Source: an uncultured Bdellovibrionales bacterium
GTDB lineage: Bacteria; Bdellovibrionota; Bdellovibrionia; Bdellovibrionales; UBA1609
Direction of reading: 5' to 3'
Assembly: GCA_903833275.1 (NCBI GenBank)
Contig: CAILEP010000013.1
Location: 31,639 to 95,638, forward strand
DNA length: 64,000 nucleotides
Part shown: positions 1 to 10,473 of the stretch, one piece after another
Layout of the letters: each line of letters starts with the position of its first letter
Numbering within the stretch: position 1 is the first letter of the stretch
Translations under genes and position numbers: made by a program
Notes under the pieces: generated by a model
Seen by the model: the letters and a program-made list of their open reading frames with translations, nothing else
Told to the model about the DNA's origin: nothing
Database searches by the model: none

Positions 1-125
1 CCGCATAAAAGTCTTGTTTCAATTTAAGTCGGTCTAGGTTTTTACCGATGTTATTATAGTAAGTGACGGGAGTGTCGCTCGCGCGCGCACCCGATTCTTG
101 ATCGATTTAGAGGGGAGAAAAATAG

Positions 126-1436
126 ATGAAAAAACTTATTTTAGCAGCTGTAGCCGTGATGGGTTTCGGATCGATTGGGTTTGCGGCGCCTCCCGTCGAG
201 GGCAATGATGGTAACCCAGATCAGGATCTCGCCGCTTACAACAAAGATATTGGGGCTGATAACTCCGCGGCTATTGAAAAATGTGATAATGGGCTGAAGG
301 AAATTATAGAAAAAGCAAAGAAACTTGATACGGACCTTACCGAACAGGCAGTTGCGGCTGCAGCAGGGACCATGGGGAAAGACGCCCCGGTGAGCGTGTT
401 GTGTAACTCGGCTCAGGAGAACGCATATGAAACTATGATTAAGCAGAAGGCTGTTGCCTCAAAATTAGAAGTCGACTTCAAAAAACTTTGTGCACATGAG
501 TGCAGTGCTTCAAATTACTCAGAAGACCCCAACAGAAGTGAGCCTCAAAATGAAAAAGGCCAGCAAAAAATGCAACAGTGGCAGCGTGCTTGTAATAGAG
601 AACAAAATAAATACGAAGCGAAATATGCGGCAACAACCGCAAGCCTTAGTACGCAGGCGAGCTCTTATTCTACGTGCCTAAGCCACTGGAAAACGGGCGC
701 AAAAATCGCGGCCGGAGTTGGCGCAGTCGCTCTCGGTGTAGCTGCGTACAATCGTCACCAAGATGCCAATCACAGAGAGAAGCTGACCAATGAGGTTAAT
801 AACGCCATCATTCATAATGCTGACGGCACGACCACGGATTGTAAATTGACGACGACCTATTCGTCAGCGGCTTGTCAGCCGGCACTATTGGCCTATTGTA
901 GTAAACCGCAGAATTCGGCGATGCCGGGTTGTGGTGCGTTCACTCAGTCTTATTGCTCGGGTGCAAATGCTTCGATGTCATTTTGTTTAGCTGGTTCGGC
1001 GCGAAGCTATTGTGCGGCGCCAGGCCCAATGACGGCACAAAGCCCGGCTTGCGTATGGATGTCGAATTTGCCAGCGTCATGTTCTTCAGGCGCGGGCGCG
1101 GGTAGTATCAATTGTTTGTCGGCCCAATCGCCGACGCAACTTGCGTCACTTTGCCCGAACTTTCCGACGGACCCTCTTTGCCAGGCTTATAATTCTGGTC
1201 AAGTTGTGACTCAGCCGTCAACAGGTGCCGGAATGCCTGTCGCAGGCGCCCCTGGCACTTCGACAACATTGCCGGTTGCAAATGGTACGGCCACTTCAGC
1301 TTCAACGGGTACAACTTCGGCAGCGGGTGGGTTTGGCACAGTGACGTCGCGTTCGGCATCAACTAATCTATTTGTTGGTAATTCGTCGACGCTTTCGAGC
1401 TTGTGCGCGCAGGGCCATCTAATCGGCTGCAAATAG
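126..1436 (+). CDS. Secreted or membrane-associated Cys-rich hypothetical protein
   Basis: 436-aa ORF with an N-terminal signal peptide (MKKLILAAVAVMGFGSIGFA) and a GAGGGGAG ribosome-binding motif upstream. It has one central hydrophobic helix (IAAGVGAVALGVAAY), a Cys-rich C-terminal half and a Thr/Ser/Gly-rich tail. No family recognised. Confidence 0.5.
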   Translation: MKKLILAAVAVMGFGSIGFAAPPVEGNDGNPDQDLAAYNKDIGADNSAAIEKCDNGLKEIIEKAKKLDTDLTEQAVAAAAGTMGKDAPVSVLCNSAQENAYETMIKQKAVASKLEVDFKKLCAHECSASNYSEDPNRSEPQNEKGQQKMQQWQRACNREQNKYEAKYAATTASLSTQASSYSTCLSHWKTGAKIAAGVGAVALGVAAYNRHQDANHREKLTNEVNNAIIHNADGTTTDCKLTTTYSSAACQPALLAYCSKPQNSAMPGCGAFTQSYCSGANASMSFCLAGSARSYCAAPGPMTAQSPACVWMSNLPASCSSGAGAGSINCLSAQSPTQLASLCPNFPTDPLCQAYNSGQVVTQPSTGAGMPVAGAPGTSTTLPVANGTATSASTGTTSAAGGFGTVTSRSASTNLFVGNSSTLSSLCAQGHLIGCK

Positions 1437-1477
1437 AAAATCGAATAGACCGGCAGCGAAAAATCGGCAGACTCTCG

Positions 1478-2428
1478 CTAGATTTTTTCTAAAACTGAAA
1501 AATACATTGGGCCGGCCGCAAACGAACGGTCGGGCAAAATATAAAAGCCGTGCTTTGTCGGCTCGAGCTCTAAGCGCTGCGAGCGAACCCATGTGCTGAG
1601 CGCTTGGTCGCCAAGAATTTCATCTAAACTCAGAACTCGCAATGAGGCCGGTAATTTTTTACGGGCGCGGCGCTCGAAAAAGCGCGCGATGACATCATCA
1701 TTTTCGAGATTCGATATCGTGCAAGTCGAATAAACCAATCGCCCGCCGGGGCGAAGAGCTAATTCGGCCGAGCAGAGCAGAGAGTATTGCCGACTAGCAA
1801 GACCCTTTGACCGTTGCGGGCCCCAGTCGGCTAGGGCCTTTTCATTTTCAAGCATGTGACGTTCGCCCGAACAGGGGGCGTCGAGAAGAATGCGATCGAA
1901 GAAGGCGGCCTTGTGTAAACCAAATTGACTGGCATCAAAAGCGGATACGCGAAGGTGGCGATAAACACTATCGGGCAAATGTTCGGCCATTACTTTTTTT
2001 AATCGAAAGACTCGGTCGGGCGAGAGGTCATTTAGCCACCACTCCGTTCTTTCAGCGATGTGATCAGCGGTGGGGTCGGCGCTGGCCGCTGTTGTCGTGG
2101 GCGGTGACTCGGCATCAAATATCTGCACCAAACTTTTGCCGCCAGGGGCTGCGCACATATCGAGCACTCGCTCGCCCGGGCGCGCGCCAATCAGGCGTGC
2201 GACTAGAACCGAAGCTGGGTCAAGTTCGTAAATTGGGCGCAGAGCTGAAGTCGGCGAGACGACATCGGTCGAGCGCGCAAATGGGTTTTCAAATTTAAAT
2301 TTTGCCGCCTCAGATAATAAAGCGGAGCGAAGAGTCGGCCAGCGCTCGCCCCAAAGTTGCAGATAGTACGCATCGAACCCGACTGCGCCCCGACTTTGAT
2401 CAGATGATTTTTTAGAATCCCGTTTCAT
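1478..2428 (-). CDS. RsmB/RsmF-type (NOL1/NOP2/Sun) rRNA cytosine-C5 methyltransferase
   Basis: SAM-binding motif LDMCAAPGGKS and the two catalytic-Cys motifs LLDAPCSGERH and LVYSTCTIS, typical of m5C RNA methyltransferases. Confidence 0.8.
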   Translation of the reverse strand: MKRDSKKSSDQSRGAVGFDAYYLQLWGERWPTLRSALLSEAAKFKFENPFARSTDVVSPTSALRPIYELDPASVLVARLIGARPGERVLDMCAAPGGKSLVQIFDAESPPTTTAASADPTADHIAERTEWWLNDLSPDRVFRLKKVMAEHLPDSVYRHLRVSAFDASQFGLHKAAFFDRILLDAPCSGERHMLENEKALADWGPQRSKGLASRQYSLLCSAELALRPGGRLVYSTCTISNLENDDVIARFFERRARKKLPASLRVLSLDEILGDQALSTWVRSQRLELEPTKHGFYILPDRSFAAGPMYFSVLEKI

Positions 2429-2615
2429 GCTGAAGCACTCTTCTCAGACGTTGGGCCAATTTGCAACTTACAGACTCGATTTTTCTACAGTCGGGTTCGT
2501 TTTTTGACCGATGAAAGACTCGTCTAGTCCGAAGGCTTTTGGCTTGTTTGATTTAGCCGACGTGACTTGGACAAAAGGGGTCGTTGTGAATAAATCGGCA
2601 GTAAAAAAACGGACG

Positions 2616-3623
2616 ATGAAAGCAATAGTTGTCGCACTTTCGGCATTAACGCTCACAGCCTGCGGTACAGGCGACGGCGGCGGTGACGGCAAAGGTGGCG
2701 GCGATGGTGGTAGCAAAGCCAAAGCGGCTAAAAATTTATCGGCCACCAGCCTCTCGACCGATTTCGCGACTGATATCTCGACTGATTTCTCGACCAAAGT
2801 TATTTACGGCGACGACAATCGCCTCGATCTCTACGATGTAAAAGATGCGCGCCGCCTTCAGCTTGCCGATTCGACCGTGGCGCTTATTGCCGCAGCGAAT
2901 GTGAATGTTACGGGCGATAAAGCTCATATCGCCGCAATGCCCTTTGCCAATGCTTTCGGCTCACCATTATGCCCAACAGAACGTTTTCGCGATCAATCAA
3001 GCGCGGCGTTTTGCTCGGGGTTTTTGATAGCTCCTGATATTATAGTCACAGCCGGCCATTGCATCGCATCTGATCAGGGCCCCAAAAACGACTGTTCGCA
3101 AACGAAAATTGTTTTTGGGTTCGCTCTCAATCATGCTGGCGATTCGCTTGATGCGGTGCCAACCAGTGAAGTCTACAGTTGTGTCAAAGTTCTCAAGCGT
3201 GAACAGCTGAGTCAGGGCCAAGACTATTCAGTCATTCAGCTTGATCGTGCAGTTTCGAATCATCAACCGCTGAAATTACGAGCCAGTGGTGCGCCAGAAA
3301 TGACAGACGAGCTGATGGTGATTGGTCACCCCTCGGGCTTACCAACAAAGGTGGCAGACGGTGCTGCGGTACGCCTCATTCGCCCTGACTATATACGCGC
3401 AAGCCTCGACACCTATGGTGGCAATTCGGGCTCTGCAGTTTTCAATGTGCGCACCAACGAAGTTGAAGGGATCTTAGTTCGTGGTGAACAAGATTTTATC
3501 TATCAGGGCTCGTGCCTGGTCTCTAAAAAATGTGGGCAAAACGATTGCCGCGGTGAAGATGTGACGCGCGTTTCGTATGTCGTGCCGTACGCGCACGAGG
3601 CGCAGGCCGCGACCGCGCACTAA
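2616..3623 (+). CDS. Trypsin-like (S1 family) serine protease lipoprotein
   Basis: Catalytic-triad contexts VTAGHC (His), DYSVIQLD (Asp) and GGNSGSAVF (Ser). I moved the start to the internal ATG at 2616, which gives the lipoprotein signal MKAIVVALSALTLTAC. The ORF track starts at 2511. Confidence 0.75.
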   Translation: MKAIVVALSALTLTACGTGDGGGDGKGGGDGGSKAKAAKNLSATSLSTDFATDISTDFSTKVIYGDDNRLDLYDVKDARRLQLADSTVALIAAANVNVTGDKAHIAAMPFANAFGSPLCPTERFRDQSSAAFCSGFLIAPDIIVTAGHCIASDQGPKNDCSQTKIVFGFALNHAGDSLDAVPTSEVYSCVKVLKREQLSQGQDYSVIQLDRAVSNHQPLKLRASGAPEMTDELMVIGHPSGLPTKVADGAAVRLIRPDYIRASLDTYGGNSGSAVFNVRTNEVEGILVRGEQDFIYQGSCLVSKKCGQNDCRGEDVTRVSYVVPYAHEAQAATAH

Positions 3624-6430
3624 AAAGTTCCGATAAACAAATGCCATGCATAGTTTGATTGGCCGGTCTCAGGGTTGAGCTTGTGACCGTAATCTACACT
3701 GATTGGCCCGAGCGGAGTATTAACCCGAAAGCCAACACCGATCGATTGCTTAAACGGGTCGGTGAAGTGAAAGTTCTGTACGTTCACTTGGCCGGCGTCC
3801 CAAAAAATGACTCCGCCAATTGGGTCGCGAATTGAAAAGCGAAATTCAGATTTCAAAAGTACATAGTCACTCTCAGCCGGCACCACGAGCTGATTGAAGT
3901 TCGAGGTCAACGGAAACTGCGTGCTGCTCGGTATGCGATCGCCGCCGTTGCCTGTGTAGCCACGCACGGTCGTGTAACCGCCAAGAAAAAAGGCATTGCT
4001 GACGGGTATGCCGCTGCCCGCGAGTGGGTCGATGTTGCGTTCGTAGCCGCTGCGCACAGAGTTGGCCCAAACAAACTTTGGGCTGCCTAAGAGACGCGTG
4101 TAGTGTGAGGCAGTGCCTTCAACTTTATAGAACTGAACGGTTTCTGAGCTGCCGATCTGGGGGTCAGCGTAAGAGGCATCGGCTTTAAAAAACGACCCGC
4201 GTGTCGGCAAAAACGGATTGTCGCGATATTCAACCTCGATCACTGGGCCCACGTATCCGATGTCGATTCGGCTGGTGCGCCGAAGTGGCCCGGTGCTTGG
4301 TACAAAATATTGCACAATCGAATCGCGGCCCCAGGCTAGCCAAGAGAATTTAATATGCGAGGTGATATCTTTCTCGACGGCAAAGGTAATGCGATCGGTG
4401 GCCTGAAGCTGGGTATTATCAATATCAAGTAAAAGCTCAGAGCGCGAATAATTGGCTCGTCCGCGAAATCGGCTGTTAAACAAAAAAGGCTCGAGGTAGC
4501 CAAGGTCGACTTCGTATTCGAGTAAATTTTGATGGATCAAGTTAGATTCGATTGTGCCGTAAATACTCACGGCTCGAGCTGTACCGGCAATGTTGTTGTA
4601 TGAAACCCCTGAAAAGCCTCTAGCGGTCAATTGGTTCTTATTTGTTATGCCTGCACCAATTTTAAACAGCCCCGGGTTGGTCTCGGTCACGTCGATCACG
4701 AGTGTTCGTTGTGACACGACCGTGTTGGCCTCGAGAGTTCGCAATTCAACTTTTGAAAAGGCATGAAGATTCTCAAGCCGCTTACGGCCTTCTTCGATTA
4801 AGTTCGGCGTCAGTAGGTCACCGGTCTCAATATTGACGGCCTTAAGAATAACGTAGTCTTTGGTGAAGGTATTGCCTTGAAGGGCAATCGATTTTACGTA
4901 GACCTGCGGGCCTTCATAGATCTTAAACTCGATGGTGGCCTTCAGGCCTTTCTCGTCGTAATTGATCAGACTTTGATCTGAGTTCAAAATCGACATCTCG
5001 AGAAAACCACGGTTGTGGTAGAAATCTCGTAAAAGCCCGATACTCTCTTCGAGTTGATTGAGGTGGAGTGCGGTTTGACTCTTGATGGTCATCTGACTAA
5101 GAAGCTGATCTTCAGAAAACGATTTGACCCCGGCAAAACGAATTTGGGTAAGCTGGGTCAGGGGCCCTTCGTCGATATCGACCGCGATGGTGACGCTGTC
5201 TTTTTTCTTTGAGTAGTCGGCTCGAGCCGACTGAATTTTCGCTTTTAGAAACCCTTGGTTATTGAGCTCGGTCATTAAGTTTTTGTAACCGTTCTCTAGA
5301 TCTTCTTTGACATAGTAATGCTCTTCAATTGTATCCGAGCTGTGCTTCTCAATAAATTTTGAATAATACTTTGCCGGGCGCGAAATATGACCGGTGACTG
5401 AAATTGAGTCGATTCGAACACGAGGGCCTTCGGTTATTTGAATAATAAGTTGTTTGGTGTTCTCGCTTTGCACAAATTTTTCGCGATAGAAAACTTGCAC
5501 TTGCGAATAGCCGTTCTGATAGTAGAAGGTTCGAATTAGTTGTGAAATATCAAGGCCCACATCGTGGCTACCACGGGTAAAATCTCCGAGCTTGATCGCT
5601 TGAATGATGCGGCCATCGGTATAATCAACTTGCCCGCTCAACAGCAGCTCGTAGCGCGCGGGGTCTGTTAGATCGTAGGTTAGAATCACTTCAGTTTTTG
5701 CATTGTTGTAATTGGCATCTTTTTGTAGAACCTGTGTATTAATGTAGCGATGGTCTTTGAGATACTCGGCGACGGCTTGTTCAATTTGGGTCACAGATTC
5801 TTCAGTAAAATTATTTTTCAAATACTTCGAGGCGACTTTTCTTAACGTCTCGTTGAGCTCAGTGTTGTCAGAATTGAAAACCACGCTTTTGACTACGCAA
5901 GGCGAGCGCTCTTTGACATTGATTAAAACCTTAATGTTCGACGACCCTAAAGATTGAAAGTCATAGGCGATAATCGTATTAAAATAGCCGCGCTTGCCAT
6001 AAAGTTCTTTGACGCGCTCGCCGGCGTCGCTGACATGTGTTTCGTCAAGAAAAGTACCGGGTTTGATATTGAGAGCATTGAGGATTTCGTCTTCGCTGAT
6101 GCCTGTATTACCTGTGACGACAACCTCTGTGACTTTTCTAAGCGGGTTGCCAAGAATAATGTAGTGCTCAGAGTTTGCCTCGACGCGAACGCCGGCATAC
6201 GAATCACGACGCATTAATTCGCGAATGGCCTCGTCTAGCGCGGCCTGGGGCGGGTTCGAATAGCTAATTTCGGGGATCTTTTTCTTGAGCATTTTAATGT
6301 CTTCTTCAGAAACGCCCCGAAACTCAACGGTTCTTTCGCCGTCACTCAATGTAGATTGTTCTTCAGCCTGCGCGTTAGTATTAAAAATTAAAAGCGTGAT
6401 TGAAAAAATAAGAGCTAAGTGTTTGGTCAT
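3620..6430 (-). CDS. bamA: BamA/Omp85-family outer membrane protein assembly factor with a long POTRA region
   Basis: 936 aa with signal peptide MTKHLALIFSITLLIFNTNAQA. Repeated POTRA-like segments (for example V.GN...S.DEIL..L.IK.G) are followed by a C-terminal beta-barrel ending in the aromatic motif HLFIGTF. The start overlaps the TamB-like stop by 4 nt (ATGA). Confidence 0.8.
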   Translation of the reverse strand: MTKHLALIFSITLLIFNTNAQAEEQSTLSDGERTVEFRGVSEEDIKMLKKKIPEISYSNPPQAALDEAIRELMRRDSYAGVRVEANSEHYIILGNPLRKVTEVVVTGNTGISEDEILNALNIKPGTFLDETHVSDAGERVKELYGKRGYFNTIIAYDFQSLGSSNIKVLINVKERSPCVVKSVVFNSDNTELNETLRKVASKYLKNNFTEESVTQIEQAVAEYLKDHRYINTQVLQKDANYNNAKTEVILTYDLTDPARYELLLSGQVDYTDGRIIQAIKLGDFTRGSHDVGLDISQLIRTFYYQNGYSQVQVFYREKFVQSENTKQLIIQITEGPRVRIDSISVTGHISRPAKYYSKFIEKHSSDTIEEHYYVKEDLENGYKNLMTELNNQGFLKAKIQSARADYSKKKDSVTIAVDIDEGPLTQLTQIRFAGVKSFSEDQLLSQMTIKSQTALHLNQLEESIGLLRDFYHNRGFLEMSILNSDQSLINYDEKGLKATIEFKIYEGPQVYVKSIALQGNTFTKDYVILKAVNIETGDLLTPNLIEEGRKRLENLHAFSKVELRTLEANTVVSQRTLVIDVTETNPGLFKIGAGITNKNQLTARGFSGVSYNNIAGTARAVSIYGTIESNLIHQNLLEYEVDLGYLEPFLFNSRFRGRANYSRSELLLDIDNTQLQATDRITFAVEKDITSHIKFSWLAWGRDSIVQYFVPSTGPLRRTSRIDIGYVGPVIEVEYRDNPFLPTRGSFFKADASYADPQIGSSETVQFYKVEGTASHYTRLLGSPKFVWANSVRSGYERNIDPLAGSGIPVSNAFFLGGYTTVRGYTGNGGDRIPSSTQFPLTSNFNQLVVPAESDYVLLKSEFRFSIRDPIGGVIFWDAGQVNVQNFHFTDPFKQSIGVGFRVNTPLGPISVDYGHKLNPETGQSNYAWHLFIGTF

Positions 6431-9400
6431 TTGAAATCTCTCTTATACTCGAGATCGAGACCGAAAATGTTGCTCGTCGCATTCGTATTGGTATTGGTCG
6501 TGGTGGCGCCTGAGCTATCTTGGCCTTCCCATTCGCCAATCACCGAAACGCGTTTATTCAATTTGTACTCAGCCTTTACATCACTGGTGCTGGTTTTGCC
6601 GACGTCGCGGCTGGCGGAAGTGCCAAACACCGGGGTCCACTGTTTTCTCAAGGTAAATTTGTGATGGGTGGCCTGATCGACCTGGTTGTACGACGAACTG
6701 TAATCAAATTGTACGCCGAGGCGTTCTTCGAGTTGGCGATTAATCCCGAGTGATTGATTTAAGATCGCGCCGCCCAATTGATATGAGTTATCTGAAATGC
6801 CGGTCGATTGCGGTTGTGCGAAGGTGGTGTTTTGTTGGTCGTTTACAAAACCCAAAGTCACAAGAGAAACGAGGTCATTCTCGGCCAGCGGGGGTTCGCT
6901 GGTCATGGCGATTTTTGGGGTTTTAGCGTCACCCGTAACACGAAGATGCACGTTGTAGTCGCGCGTTTCGTTGTTGATAAGTGTTGCAGTGGCTTTAGAG
7001 TCAGCTGAAACATTTAATGAGGGGTTTGCCGGTTCAGAGTTATCCCAGTTTAAAATACCACTTTGTATTTCGAAAATATTAGACCGAAAATTTACTTGGC
7101 CGCCACGAGTGACGTTAATTTGGCCAGTCAATTTGGGCGAATCGGGCGGCCCGGCCACTTTTAACCGCCCGGTGACTTTAGAGCGAATATCGACGGGGCT
7201 GATGCTCATGCGAACTGGTAGATCTTTGGGGATATTGATATTGAGAAGCAATTCAATCGGCGAGAATCTTTGAGCGCTCAAGAATTTCGGCAAAAAGGTA
7301 CTGGGTTTAATTTCGTTCATGTTTTTGCTCGAGGCGACGGCCTTGGGCTCAATTGAACCCGAATCAATGTCGAAATTAACCGCAACGGTGTAGGGCAACC
7401 AACTGCCCTTGATCGAATAGTCGCCACTGCCGCGAGTATTAAACCCATCCGGCACATTGAGCTTGCTGTCAGTGAAAGTGCCTCGAATGTCGATGGGCAC
7501 GTTGCCCATGCCGAGAAACTGCAGGCTGCCGCTCGCGTAGAGTAGGCCACCGCCTAAGCGCCCCTTCAGCGAGTTCACGACGATCTTGTCGTTAGTAAAA
7601 ATGGCATCGCCATTCAATTGCTCAAAGGCGTGTGGGAAGTTTTTGAGTTTAATCAATCCATCTTGAATAAAAGAGGTGCCGGCAAATATCGGATGATCGA
7701 TCGGCCCATTGAGCGTAAGTGAGAACTGAGTTTGACCCCGCAATTCGTCTAAAAATGGGGTAAACAGAGTGGCAAGGCCCAAATCGATTTTACCCTCAAG
7801 CAGAAGGCCGATTTGCCCCGGCTGCTGGGCGCTCGAGCGCAGTCGCGCGTACGTGTCGGTGCCAGAAATTTCAAAGTCATGGGTCTGAATTAAGCCTTTT
7901 GTTGCCGTCAGAGAAATGGGTTTTGTTGCCGCCATTTCAGCGCGGCCATTTTTCAACCGCAGCTCATTTACAAGCAAGTGGCCGGAGAAAAGTCGCCAAT
8001 TATTTTTCGGGAATTCAAATTCAAAGTCTCCGGTCATGGTTGTTAAATAGTTGCTGGCGCGAAGGGCATCAGAAAAAATTGAAAAGGCTTGGGCAAAATT
8101 CCATCCATTGATTTTTGACTTCACGCGGACCACACCGTCTTCGGCCAAAGGGATATGAAAGTCGCCGCGCAACTTCTCGCCCATCAGTTGGCCACTGCCT
8201 TCCATTTCATGTTCTGTCATGTTGAATTTGAAATCTGAATCTGGGGTTGGTTGTTCGCCAACAGTCAACTGAGTCAATCTTCCGTTCATATCGATAAGGG
8301 GTTTGGCGATCAGACCTTGCAGGCTCATATCGAAACTCAAATTACCGGTTAGGTTCATTTTGAGGCGGGCCAAATTCTCAGACTGTTCGATTTGCAGATT
8401 GTGGCTTTGAACCTTAAGCGCCATTTGCCCTGTCGGTTTCACGTTGCCGGTGAGATTAACTGTGCTTCGGCCTTTAGTGAGATTGACCTTGCGAGCGTCG
8501 ACCAGGCCGTCTTTGGCCGAGACGTTAAAATTAATTTGGTCAAAGGTCTCATCTGCAATCGCACCGCGAAAAATTGAAGAGGTGAGATCGTAAGTCATTC
8601 GGCTGATCTCGAGCGGCCCCGAGGCTTTGAGCTGAGCCGACCCGGTGCCCGTCATGGTAAATGGTAAGTTTACTTTTCGGCTAAAAATCTGTTTGAGGTC
8701 GGCGGCTTCGAGATAGGGTGAAGAGCCATTGATTTGAATTTTTGATTGCAATATATCAATGCCGACGTCGGCTTTGAAGCGCGAGGCATTGAACTGGCCA
8801 TCTATGCCAGAAATATTGAGCTGGCCGGCCTTATAGTGCAGGCCAAATTTTGCACGCCCAATGCTAAAATCGCGCAGCCAGAACTTATCTCCGTCGGCGG
8901 TGAGGTCGATGGTGGCGGCTTTTGTACTACCGGCGGTATTGCCCTTGATCGCAGCAAACCCTTCGGGCTTGAGGTTAACTAAGTTTTTTACATCCGAAAA
9001 ATTTAGCTGCGGGGTCGAATAGTTAATTTTAAAGCCATTGTTGTAAGTGATGACGCCATCAGATTCGCCGTGAGACGCGCCGATTGCGAGTCGCGTTTGA
9101 TAGCTCACGGCTTTGGTGTCGACCGTGACCGACCCTGTAACGTCGATCTTATCGAGATCAACGAGTGTGAAGGGTTTTTCTTTGCCGGCGGTCACGCGAA
9201 GGTTTGGGCTTGAGATTGAGCCCTCGCAAACGAGGCGAAACGCTTTCTTCGATTCTCCGCGACAGGGGAGGTTGCCACTGACTTTGGTGTAGACGGGTAT
9301 CTCATGCAGGCCAAGAGCGACCAAAAGGCCATTTAAATCGAGTTCCTTCGAGGCAACTGTGGCCTTGAACTCGCCCGCTTCGCTAAAGTTGAGGTCACCA

Positions 9401-10473
9401 TTATCAACAGTGACGTCGCCGTAGTTATAGGAGAAATGGGCATGCGAAACGCGCAGCCGTTTTTCGTCGACCTTGCCACTGGCCTCAATGTTTCCGATTG
9501 AAAATTTCTCGATCTTAAAATCTTGAGTTTTGAGATTGAAGGTGGCCTGCACCTTTCGCGGCGGTACAAATTCAAATTCGGTCTCGCCGACAAATGAACC
9601 GCTCATCTGCGGAAAGTTGCTGAGGCGAAACCATTCGCGCGCCAGCTCTGAAATTTCAGCCAAATTCTCATCGGTGCGCAAGCGCGCTCGAACATCTTTG
9701 ATTTCGTTCTTGAGTAGGTTGCCGCGAACTGAGCCTGTGCCGTCAAAAAATGTTTGGCCGTGCTGCAGCCGAAGGGCCGAGAAGTAAATTCCATCTTCAT
9801 CGAATAAAAAGTTTGTATCTAGGTCGGTTTCGAAAATTGGGTTATTTCCGGTTTTTTTGAATTTGAGGCTTCGGGCTTTAATGTCGCCACGAATCGATCG
9901 AAATCTATTTTCTAAAGTTAAGTCGACCTCGTCTGACTGAAGTGCGAGGCCGTGTTCTTCTAATTTTACAGCGAAGCGAACTTTCTCAAGTGCGATAGAG
10001 TAAATCGGCAGTTGATAGATGGCTTCGAGCGAAAGGGGCCCGGTCGCTGACGGCAACCCCAGGCCCGGCGAAGCGGCATTGGCTGTTTCTTTCTTTGGGC
10101 GAATAATAATATTAAATTCAGCGCCCGAAATTTTAGCCTCGCCAATTTTTAGCTGACCGCGGGCAAGAGCCCACATGCTAAGTGAGATATCGAGTTCTGA
10201 GATCGTCGTGGGGGCGAGCGTTGTTTCGAGGCCCTTCTGTGGTAGTAAGCGCACATCGTAAAGCCGAACCCCAATGGGCAGAAGTCGAAACTCAACCGAT
10301 TGGGGCCATATGCGAATGGGTGAATTCTTTCGACTGGCGCTCTCGATTTCAACAAGCATCCATTGTTTTATGCGCGGCAAGTGATATCGGTTAAAAAAAC
10401 CGATCAGAAAAAAAATGCCGCATGCTAGAATGCTGAGAATGATGCCTCGCTTGTGCTTGACCCAAAATCTCAT
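6427..10473 (-). CDS. tamB: TamB/AsmA-like translocation and assembly module protein
   Basis: About 1,348 aa with an N-terminal anchor helix (GIILSILACGIFFLIGFF). The body is long, low-hydrophobicity and beta-rich, and the C-terminal region is DUF490-like. It sits directly upstream of, and is translationally coupled to, the BamA homologue. I chose the start at 10473 because it forms an ATGA overlap with the upstream stop. Confidence 0.7.
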   Translation of the reverse strand: MRFWVKHKRGIILSILACGIFFLIGFFNRYHLPRIKQWMLVEIESASRKNSPIRIWPQSVEFRLLPIGVRLYDVRLLPQKGLETTLAPTTISELDISLSMWALARGQLKIGEAKISGAEFNIIIRPKKETANAASPGLGLPSATGPLSLEAIYQLPIYSIALEKVRFAVKLEEHGLALQSDEVDLTLENRFRSIRGDIKARSLKFKKTGNNPIFETDLDTNFLFDEDGIYFSALRLQHGQTFFDGTGSVRGNLLKNEIKDVRARLRTDENLAEISELAREWFRLSNFPQMSGSFVGETEFEFVPPRKVQATFNLKTQDFKIEKFSIGNIEASGKVDEKRLRVSHAHFSYNYGDVTVDNGDLNFSEAGEFKATVASKELDLNGLLVALGLHEIPVYTKVSGNLPCRGESKKAFRLVCEGSISSPNLRVTAGKEKPFTLVDLDKIDVTGSVTVDTKAVSYQTRLAIGASHGESDGVITYNNGFKINYSTPQLNFSDVKNLVNLKPEGFAAIKGNTAGSTKAATIDLTADGDKFWLRDFSIGRAKFGLHYKAGQLNISGIDGQFNASRFKADVGIDILQSKIQINGSSPYLEAADLKQIFSRKVNLPFTMTGTGSAQLKASGPLEISRMTYDLTSSIFRGAIADETFDQINFNVSAKDGLVDARKVNLTKGRSTVNLTGNVKPTGQMALKVQSHNLQIEQSENLARLKMNLTGNLSFDMSLQGLIAKPLIDMNGRLTQLTVGEQPTPDSDFKFNMTEHEMEGSGQLMGEKLRGDFHIPLAEDGVVRVKSKINGWNFAQAFSIFSDALRASNYLTTMTGDFEFEFPKNNWRLFSGHLLVNELRLKNGRAEMAATKPISLTATKGLIQTHDFEISGTDTYARLRSSAQQPGQIGLLLEGKIDLGLATLFTPFLDELRGQTQFSLTLNGPIDHPIFAGTSFIQDGLIKLKNFPHAFEQLNGDAIFTNDKIVVNSLKGRLGGGLLYASGSLQFLGMGNVPIDIRGTFTDSKLNVPDGFNTRGSGDYSIKGSWLPYTVAVNFDIDSGSIEPKAVASSKNMNEIKPSTFLPKFLSAQRFSPIELLLNINIPKDLPVRMSISPVDIRSKVTGRLKVAGPPDSPKLTGQINVTRGGQVNFRSNIFEIQSGILNWDNSEPANPSLNVSADSKATATLINNETRDYNVHLRVTGDAKTPKIAMTSEPPLAENDLVSLVTLGFVNDQQNTTFAQPQSTGISDNSYQLGGAILNQSLGINRQLEERLGVQFDYSSSYNQVDQATHHKFTLRKQWTPVFGTSASRDVGKTSTSDVKAEYKLNKRVSVIGEWEGQDSSGATTTNTNTNATSNIFGLDLEYKRDFK

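Noticed and set aside
1807-2298. 163-aa + strand ORF antisense to the rRNA methyltransferase gene
   Set aside because: It lies entirely inside a well-supported minus-strand gene. Its composition is Arg/Pro/Gly-rich and typical of an antisense frame, and it has no recognisable motifs.
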